Shown here: positions 54,868 through 64,000 of the stretch, piece after piece | Layout of the letters: the number at the start of each line of letters is the position of its first letter | How positions within the stretch are numbered: the first letter of the stretch is position 1 | Source: Tubiluchus corallicola | Lineage: Eukaryota > Animalia > Priapulida | NCBI GenBank assembly: GCA_030141605.1 | Contig: JAQGDQ010000140.1 | Coordinates: forward strand, 186,001 to 250,000 | Length of the DNA stretch: 64,000 nucleotides | Reading direction: 5' to 3' | Notes under the pieces: model-generated | What the model was told of the DNA's origin: nothing | Database searches by the model: none | Seen by the model: only the letters and a program-made list of their open reading frames with translations | Position numbers and translations under genes: made by a program

Positions 54868-55050
54868 CGAATCCAGTAAATAAAGTCACAAGTAAAAAAG
54901 TCGCAGAAAAAAAAACATAGAGAAAAAATGTAATAACTCTAACCCCAGCCCTAGCCAAAATTAATTGTGATTTTTTTTCTTGTTAGTATTTCTGGCTAAA
55001 ATTGTGACTTTCCCTGTGACATTTTCCCTCTGACTTTCTTACCGATCACC
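54868..55050 (-). mobile_element. second, inverted copy of the AAAAGTCAC MITE
   Basis: Ends CGAATCC.GTAAATAAAGTCAC and CTTACCGATCACC are reverse complements of the ends of 52245-52426. Confidence 0.7.
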
Positions 55051-55281
55051 TATAGAGCAAACAGCAGCAGTTCACCGTTTTCTATACTACAAGTGTAACT
55101 GTTAGATTAACATGAGCATATAGTTGCTCATTAACAATATTTAGACACCTTTTCTAAATACACTCGTTAATGGTTTGATTAATACTAGTCTTGCTTACTG
55201 ATTGTACTCTTTGAATAGTGATTAAGATGTACTCTCTAATGTTATGTTATCTAGTAGATATACTACTAACGTTGTTTGTAG

Positions 55282-55376
55282 TTGACTTGCAAGAGAAGAT
55301 CATAGAACTGACAATAGAGGTGATAGATGATAGTTTTGATAGCAGCGAACCTTGCTTTTATCTTGAAGACCTTTAA
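55282..55376 (+). CDS. candidate alternative terminal exon of the DUSP gene giving a catalytically dead isoform
   Basis: TACTAAC branch motif at 55264-55270, ttgtttgtag acceptor, phase 1 in frame (V)DLQEKIIELTIEVIDDSFDSSEPCFYLEDL*, AATAAA at 55444. Confidence 0.4.
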
Positions 55377-57556
55377 GACTATAGAAGTCTTGACATCTTA
55401 TGTAAATCTTGTGCAAACGAGTCCATCGTGTTTGCACGTGTTTAATAAATTTAAAGACAAAGTCTCTGTTATTCAACATTAGCGTATGTTAAGGAGATCG
55501 CTGTTTGATTTAATAATGTTGATTGGGCCATATTTTGTTATAGTGAATCATAGAAAAGTGTTGATAAGAAGTTGATATCAATGCCATTCATAAATCAACG
55601 CTTTGCAGTGGCGTTTCCTCCAGTAAAAAAGCTTGGTAAACTGGATATGTTATCTTTTCCTTTTTCCACTTTAATTTAGTTCAAAGCTGCAAGTGTTGCG
55701 GCAGTAAACTGAAAGTTCCAACTGTGAAGAGCTAAATAATTCAGAACAGTGTGCCAGTGGAATTAGTAGAGCGCGCATGCGTTATTGGTTTTTGGGATAT
55801 GATTATCTGGTTGCGTGGGATGCATTGAAAGATCTATGAAGCTGTGTTCGGCTTCTAAGCGTTTTTTCCTCCTAATACTTAAGGATGGCTGTGTAATATT
55901 TTAGTCTCTCACAGTCTGTGATGTGACACTAAATTTCATTGCAGTTAGATGTGAAGTAAATTATCTACCTGGCGAGGCGAAGGCATTCTTTAACTTTCCT
56001 TTTTGCAACAATTTGCAAACAGAAAAAAACAACAAATTAACATTAAGAAGCGCAAAGACTTATTTGTCCGCAAACAGTTGATTATTAAAAAGCAAGACTA
56101 AGTTTGTTTTGAGTTTAGTTTTGTTTGTAGACCATTAGTTTTGACAGAGAAGAGATCATGGTGCATGGTTCACTTTTTGTGTCTTTAAAACTACATGCCT
56201 ACATCTAAAAAGTTCTTGTTGCAGTATTACGTATGTTGAAGTATATGCATAATGCATCAACAAACCAGGGCTCCTAGTTAGATTTCAAATATATTAACTA
56301 TGATGAAACTTGTCCATGCTATTGATTTATTGCATCGCTGTTTCTTTTCGTTTTCTGTCTTCGCTTTTTATTGATTTTTTTTCTAGTTCAAAGATGGTTC
56401 TAAAATGACCTAAACCAGGGCCCCGCGCAGACATACAATTTTCAGTTGCGTAATTAAAAGTTACAAAATCTGTAAACGACCAAAGTTTATATGTAAGGAT
56501 TTCGAATCAGTATATAATTTGGACCACATCATGTGTACCCTACGATGTGGGAGTAAGGACTTCCATGTAGATCTGTACAGATAGTGGAACAGGAAATGAC
56601 GTCACTGACGTGTCAAAAAATTTGAGAATAGAAAGGGCCAATTTGCAAACAAAATAACAAATGGGGGTAACGCTGACTGATAAATATAGCCTAATGCATG
56701 TCAAAGTAGGACATGTACTCGTGCAAGTGGCACATAAAAACTTGTGTGAATAAAATTATTGACGTCATTATTGGCGCTGTAACATGGTTTATGAGCCATG
56801 TTTTCGTCTTGTGGTTTTCTTTGGTCTTTCTTCAGCTGTTATAAATGACGGAAATCGATTGTCGGTATCCCAGCGTGCTGTGCGGCGCGGTGCGTGGGAT
56901 TCCAGAATGAGTCATCATCACTACCAGGCTTCATCGTAACCAACTGTAATCATTACAGAGATCTCGTGGGAGTTGTTGAATGGCACTTATGAAGGGAAAA
57001 TTAACTTGCGGCTACCTGCGGTGAGAGTGGGGAGGTCTAAGTAGGAAACCCTTTCAGCTAATTTAAGTTGAAGTGTTCATCGGTTCTTTTTTTCCTTGCC
57101 TATTTTACTATTGGACATCAAATTCGGACTTCAATTTATTTTTACTTTTTTCGTAAATTGTATATAATTGTGTTTCAGTTATGCGGTTCTTGTTTTCGTC
57201 ATTTTATTATCTTTTGTGTGTCTTTGTAATTAGGCGTAAGTTATCTAGCACTATACTTGCTGAAATAAAATAAAAATGAAACTTTTCGTTTATATTTCGA
57301 GTTTTTGTATTTGAACCTTGTATTTCAATTTATCACTTCTTTTGAGCTTTGTAGTGCAATCTGTCTGTACTTGATTAAAATTTTGAGTGCTTGACAGACT
57401 CATCAAATCATAATACGATTTTTTCAAATTCTCAAATCTTGTCTTGTAGAGTGACAAAATCAAATGTTTTGGTAGATCTTTTGCCATCTTTCCGACAAAT
57501 CGTACTCAATGTGTAGGCTACTTGTCATAAACACTTTTTCTGAATGTCGTTTTAAC

Positions 57557-57680
57557 ACAATTTCTGGCACGCCGCAGGGTTTCATACTGTGTCCGGTTTT
57601 ATTTGTTTCATTTACTAACAACCTGCCCGATGTTCTGAATTGTGTCGGCGTGCAATGTTTGTGTTACCCTTGAAGACCAC
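57557..57680 (+). pseudogene. LINE reverse-transcriptase fragment
   Basis: TISGTPQGFILCPVLFVSFTNNLPDVL matches the non-LTR RT motif SGVPQGSVLGPLLFxIYINDLP; degenerate. Confidence 0.75.
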
Positions 57681-59950
57681 GAATATAATAAGTCTGCCTA
57701 CCCAATTGATTATTTAATAGTTTGCGTTGCGATGCTATTGTGCTTTCAAGCCTGTGAAGCAGACTAGTACGTGCATTTTGTGAATGAATGAATAAATGAA
57801 TGAACGCAAGCCTCTCACCTGGCTCACCTAATCAATAACCGATGACTCATCAGTCATTCAGCTCGGTTTGCGGTTTCCCTACTGCGTGGGTGGACGATCG
57901 CTACTGCTGTTTGAACGATTTCTATTGGGGGGAGGTAATCACGTGATCATGCTTCCATATGGCTCTGGTCACAGACATCACGCCAGGATTTGTGATAAAA
58001 TTGGCAATTATTTAATTTAGCCGGAAGTTAAAATCATCAAGTCCGCACACTAATACTCCAATCCTACTGTGCTTTTATAATTAATTAATGTTATTGAAGG
58101 TTTAAGACGACGTTTGCGGATTGTAAATTGGGAGGGATGTCTTTATGTTAGTGGTGGAGAGATTACTTGATTAATTACTAAATTCAAAAGTTCTGATAAA
58201 ATATTCGAAAATGCGAATAATTTGTGATTCAAAAGGATTTTGCAGTGTGGTTGACAGAAACTACACTTGTTGGTAGCTTGACGCTTTTGAAACATTTCTT
58301 GCATTTTTCATTTCTTTATTTTTTTTCTTACGTGCTTAACACTAATAAGTCTAGTTCTAACTTTGTAAAACACACCTTTTACCCAAGCATTCATTTATTT
58401 GCTCGGAATCTTATTTTATTTTAGGCCTCATGCGAATCCGTAACCGTAGTGTAACAATAAAAATGTAACTTATTGATTATTCCTTAATGATTGGCCAAAA
58501 ATTATGATCGTTGACACATAAAGAATTTCTTTTTTACACCGAATTTTTGAATATAAAAGTATCTGCGGAATCCTGTACGTGTGTCTGGCATATGTGCACA
58601 CGCACATTATTGAAAAAAAAACATTTTGTCAGAGAAATAAAATTAAACCCATTATAATTAAGAAAAAATTATTTCTATGTTTACATTAATCTTTTTTAAT
58701 TATTTTTCTTTAAAGATAGATTGTCGCAAGGGGTTATTAGTTTTCATAACAAAGGTCTGGATTTGAAAGTTTTTGAAGATCTCTACGAGGTTCGGATATT
58801 ATAACAGTGAAAACTTGTCGTAACTTGTTATAGGGTGCCAAAGCAACTGTGGTAACAGCCGTTCGGTTATAGGGAGTGGAAGTAGTTGTGGTAACCGCCA
58901 TTTCTCACAGTCATTAGGAGTATTTCACATACCTGAGTAATCGTTAGACTTCCGCTTGACGCCTTGAGCCCACAAAAGAACTGATTATGTATACTTTATG
59001 ATTCCTTGAAGGTGTGCCACTGCCAGCATCAGCCTTTCAAAAGATACTGCAGTTATTTTTCTTGTAATACGTTAAAATAGTTTTTTTTTTGAAAATACAT
59101 TCAGTCTGAGAATACTTGTGCCCTAACCGTGGAATGGGAAGCTAAAAATTATAACTTTAAAGCGAGCACGTTACGGGGAAATTTGAAGTTATTGGATGGG
59201 AAATTTGACTTCTATTCTACAAGTTTTGATAATGATTCATAATAAAAAGATAAAGTGTACGGAGGGAGCACTAAATTTGCCAACGAATTTTCTTCTATTC
59301 TGACAAATGCAAATATTTTATTATTTGCTACAATAATAACATTTTTCTCTTAACTCAGCTAATTAAAAGCATTTAAGAGTTGTGACGCTGTGAGTAGATT
59401 TATTTTAAGACTGTAGAGTGAAAATATGGCCTATCTAGGGTAAGTAAAGGGAACACCTTGAAAACTTTGTCCCTACCCCTCTCCTGGGAAGGGAGGTAGG
59501 GAAGAGGGTGAGTACGGGGTAATATTGTAGGAATTATATATTGAATTGCGACTATTTACATTATTATTGTTGTCGTCATGTATGTATTTTTAAAGAATAA
59601 TTTGTGGTCTACCAGATAGTGCGAGCAAGCGAACGAACAAATAAAACAAAAAACAGATAGCTGAAATAAATCAGTACTCTATTTAAAAGTTAGGAATAAT
59701 CTCTGTAGCTATAAAACCTCCCCCTGCCTAAGAAACTGTGCTGTAGGGGTTGGAATTTCCCATTTATTGCGCTTACAAATCGTTCATGAATTTTTAAAGC
59801 AATGGTAACAGCAATTTACATCCTACCCGTGTCGTTTTGTTTAAGTGAAACCTTTCACTTCATCAAAAATAAATGTTTTTCACTTTCGTTTCATTTTGTT
59901 GGCATGATCAAATCTCATTGTCAAGTTTCACACGATTTCCGAGTTAGTTT

Positions 59951-60468
59951 CATGACTTATTAGAAATCTTTGAAGATGGCTGTCACATACAGTTATTAAA
60001 ATTTCTTTAAAGGTGGCTGTCACATACAGTTATTAAAATTTCTTTAAAGGTGGCTGTCACATACAGTTATTATAATTTCCTTAAAGGTGGCTGTCACATA
60101 CAGTTATTAAAATTTCTTTAAAGGTAACTGTCACGTACAGTTACTAAAAACTTTTTAAGGATGTCTGCCACGTGTTGCTATTAAACATCCTTTCAAGATG
60201 GCTACTATATACTATTATTACAAATCTTTTAAAAGTCTCTGTGCATACAGTTATTAAAAACCTTTTAAAGATGACTGTTACATGTATACAATTATTAAAA
60301 ACCCGTTTAGGATGGCTGCCACATGCAGTTATTAAAACCCTTTAAAGATGGCTGCTTCATAAGTTTTTAAAACCCTTTTAAAGATGGCTGCTACGTGCAG
60401 CTATTAAAAACCCGTTAAAGATGGTTGCCACATGCAGTTACTAAAAACCTTTAAAGATGACTGCTGCA
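59951..60468 (+). repeat. 37-bp minisatellite, about 14 copies (GGCTGTCACATACAGTTATTAAAATTTCTTTAAAGGT)
   Basis: Period 37 measured between GGCTG at 59978 and 60015; left copies nearly identical, right copies diverged. Confidence 0.92.
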
Positions 60469-62816
60469 CAAGTGCATCATTCGTCAAAACTGATGTTATC
60501 CGAAACTTATTCATTTTATGCCCTTTCTTGGAAGGTGAGGCGAAAGTGTGGAACGAGGTGGGCGGAGGAAATCAATCAGGCGTGTGCAGTTTAGTATCTT
60601 TTTGTTGGCTTCGCGTGTGGTGGCAAACAATGGAAATGTTTGGTGAAGCCAGTTCACTGACATGCTCTTGTGTGTACCTAGCTGTCAAAAATCGTAAACA
60701 TTTAGGAAGCTTTCAGCTGAATTTGCCTAGCTATTATTGTCTCATCCATTACAAATATAAATGTGTGCTTTTGCTGTGTTATCTTGTAAATGGCGCTGCA
60801 AATGTGGGTAGGTTTTGATGAAACGCAAATGAGCCGAAAGAAAAAATTAATGAATAAACGAATGAGCTTTCAGTTTCATGCTATTCCCCCAGAAGAGAAA
60901 CCATCTGGAATAGATTAATACACACAGTTACAGGCATTTCGTACTAATAATATGACTAGATAAGAGAATAATAAATAGAAGCTATACAGTGAAGTTTGCT
61001 CGTTTAATGGCTTCATCACGCTACAGCTTTATCTCTATTATTGTCAAGTTTGATGCTCATTCACTGTCTCATTATCTGTACTAACTATCGCTAACTAGGG
61101 CTTCATTAAATAAATTTCAGTTAGAATTGTTCACTACTTACGTGAGCGCGTATTGAATTTCTGGCTGGATTTAATGTTTTGTACTTTGCGCAACTTGTTT
61201 TTTGTACTTTGAATACTAAATCCCGTATAGTCTTGCTAAATTAATTTGAACTTTGAAATACTTGATCAGTTTTTTAGCTACCTCAAAACCTACTTAAAAA
61301 CTCATAAACTTTCTACCATATTAAATAGCTACTATTATAAAACATACTTATTGTATTATACTGTCAAACACGGTCTGTGATATGGACAGATGTAAACTTA
61401 TACGACTTGCCATTTGCTAAAATGTCTATAAGGCGTATAATATCATGAAAGCATTCACTGAAAAATACATAATACGTGAATGCCTTAAAGTGTTGGGCAG
61501 TACTGCTGCAACACTTCTGTGAGTCGTTGATTAAGTGCTTCATTTTTGTTGCTTAAGTTTTTCAGTTTTTATGTACTTATTTTGAAAAATTTACATGTAA
61601 ATTTTGTTTAAAATTACTCTTCTTTAAGAAACTTTATTGAATTAAAATTGAATTGAATTGAATTTCACAGAGAGCATTACTCATTTTTGCACCAACTGCG
61701 AATAATTACTACATTGTATCCCAAAAGTATTTTGCATTGATGTCATATAGCTAAAAATTTTTGTAACATCCGTCTTAATTAAATGCATGGAGGTGCAATA
61801 ATGGTGCTGTCATACTGCACATCCTCTATGTACCGTCTAGCTGCATATTTTACTGCTTTTTATTGCCAACCTCCCCGGCGCCTCCATCCTAATAAAACTC
61901 GCTGAGGGGCAAATTTTTGTTAATAAGAAAGATGCCCAGCTGCTGATAACTTAAACTTATGAAACCCTACCGCTGCGACACTTGTACAGGATGACCTAAA
62001 AGAAAAGTGCTCTAACAAAATGTTGCAGGCATACTAATAATGCATCATGTACAAAGTCCAATATGGCGTACGTCTTAGGCATACTTCCAGCAGTTATTGT
62101 AGTTAATGTAGTATAATCTCTTGCCGTGTAACTTAACACTCAACCTCGTGTGTCTGTGATTTGTCCAGCACATTTCAGTATATCATGTTTTTAGTCATTT
62201 TTTACTGTACTGTTTCTTTTGGAACACTCTGCTTACACGCCTCGGTGACTACTGACTATGGTTGAGCATTGTTAGGAAAATTTGTTGAGCAATTTTCAGT
62301 ATAAAATGTAGGGTATTTCGTATTCTTCAGTGCCCGTATCGTCAGCATCCACGAATTCAATGCCTGTAAGCTCATCTCCCAGGACGTCAGTGCCAGTATT
62401 CCCGGCATCCAGTACTTTGGGGTCTGTATTTACAACCATTGTGCCAGGTACTTCAGTACCCGGCGTAAACGTAATACTCAGTACTTCGGTACCCACAACC
62501 ATTATACCTGCGATGAGGAATGTCAGCCTGTGCCGGTTGCTTCTGTCTGCATTAATTATTATATTTTGGAATTTTTTAACACTTATAGAAGCAGCAACTT
62601 ACCACAGTCGACTCACCATAATACGCAAGTACCACGTGTTATATTAGGAACGAGGAAGGTGATTCTGTCAATTCATCATGGTGGTTAGGTCTGATCTACA
62701 CATGGTGTGATTATATTCGGATACATTTCACGTTTAATGTTATTCTTGTAGCTTCTTAGTCATCCCCTGAGATCCGAACATCAACGCTGATGACATTTTC
62801 TACCTTATCCTGTTTC

Positions 62817-62818
<2 letters not shown>

Positions 62819-62875
<57 letters not shown>

Positions 62876-62920
62876 CTCTCTCTCCCCCCTCTCCTTCTCT
62901 CCCCCTCTCTCTCCTTCCCT

Positions 62921-62974
<54 letters not shown>
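62819..62974. repeat. (CT)n microsatellite
   Basis: Direct reading; explains the ER/SL-repeat ORFs. Confidence 0.98.
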
Positions 62975-62978
<4 letters not shown>

Positions 62979-64000
62979 TGCAGTGGTTTATAGTGAACAG
63001 ATGTTGGATTTTTCCGCGTGCTGTGTCCATGTTTAGTGTCTGGAGAAACCTGCTTTCTTGAAAGCTCACAATCAGAGTACTGAAGCCTGAAGTATGTTTC
63101 TTCTTTTTTTCGGCGAGAGGGGGGTGTTGTTAGCTTGGCCAATGAAGGTCACACATTATTTGAGACTGATGCGTCATATCGTATTTAATATTAATACAAC
63201 TAGCTTTGTCAGAAACTGATACGTGATTTATTATGTTTGCAGGCCTAACCCTATACTTGATGGTTTGTGGAGCTGGTACATCATATATGTTTACAGACCT
63301 GTAAATTCAACAAACTTTGCTTGGATACACTAATAAATAAGACTAGACTTCAATCGGAGGTGATCAAGGAGTAGACTGTTTCTAGTGAAGCTAGTAAAAT
63401 AAATTAGGACAGGTCCCTGCCGCACTAAATAAGCACAGATGGTATTTCACAGTTTAGTGGTCTACCTCAATAAGTGAAGACCAGACATCGGTTGAAGGTT
63501 CACCTATCCACAGATAATTTTATTGTTTATGACGATGTTCTGTGTATCCTTGTGAGACCATATAGATGCAAAGTACGACATTCTGTTATTGACCATATCT
63601 GTTACGTTGAACTGAGTGAATTATCATTTATGTTTACAGGTCTATTTCCAAAAAACAAGGGACGGACTTTAGTGGAGGGGTGGTATATCGTCTATGTTTA
63701 CAGGCCTATAGGCGCTTACATTAATACTCCAATAAGTGCGGAGTAGATATAAATTAAAGTTGATCGTCCTTAGTTTTTATTGTCTCGTATCGTTGTTCTC
63801 TGTTCGCTCGTGAGGCTACAGACACACTGAGCGACATTCTAATATTGAGCAAATCTGTTATCATGGCCCGCGACCATAGATAATCAGTGAATTAACATTT
63901 ATTCGCATGCATGCGAAATGCGCTGGTTTCATATTTCTGAGAAATCAAATTTCAACCGAGATAGAATGCAGTGGTTATTGACGTGCCGACGACGGACTAA

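Noticed and set aside
62756-63142. ER-repeat and SL-repeat ORFs
   Set aside because: Translation artefacts of the (CT)n microsatellite
46924-64000. Calling the DUSP gene a pseudogene because the HCxxGxxR exon is missing
   Set aside because: Exons 1-2 are intact with canonical splice sites; the catalytic exon most likely lies beyond the right edge after an intron longer than 17 kb

Overview
AT-rich, intron-rich invertebrate animal genomic DNA (eukaryotic; no prokaryotic operons or CRISPR). From left to right: (1) the first two coding exons of an APPL1/2-like (DIP13) adaptor gene on the minus strand, missed by the ORF track and running off the left edge; (2) a complete 7-exon PSMD6/Rpn7 proteasome-lid gene (minus, 1170 nt CDS, 389 aa); (3) a single-coding-exon AT-hook/C2H2 zinc-finger gene (22146-23147, minus); (4) one zinc-finger locus (30429-42808, minus) in which two shared 5' exons, encoding a ZNF692/ZNF653-like N-terminal module and a basic NLS, can splice in frame to any of THREE tandem 14-finger terminal exons. 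Each of these exons is preceded about 400-500 nt upstream by a short inverted copy of the exon 5' end, which suggests a docking-site/selector-like RNA-pairing system for exon choice; (5) the first two exons of a DUSP6/7/9 (MKP-3) phosphatase on the plus strand. Its catalytic exon is not in the window, but its long intron 2 holds a candidate in-frame truncating terminal exon and a cluster of ETS/AP-1/CRE motifs. The rest is non-autonomous DNA transposons (hAT, pogo/Tigger-like, Helitron, foldback), SINE/LINE remnants and 29-, 30- and 37-bp tandem repeats. All gene models were read by hand from splice signals and reading frame; there is no expression evidence.
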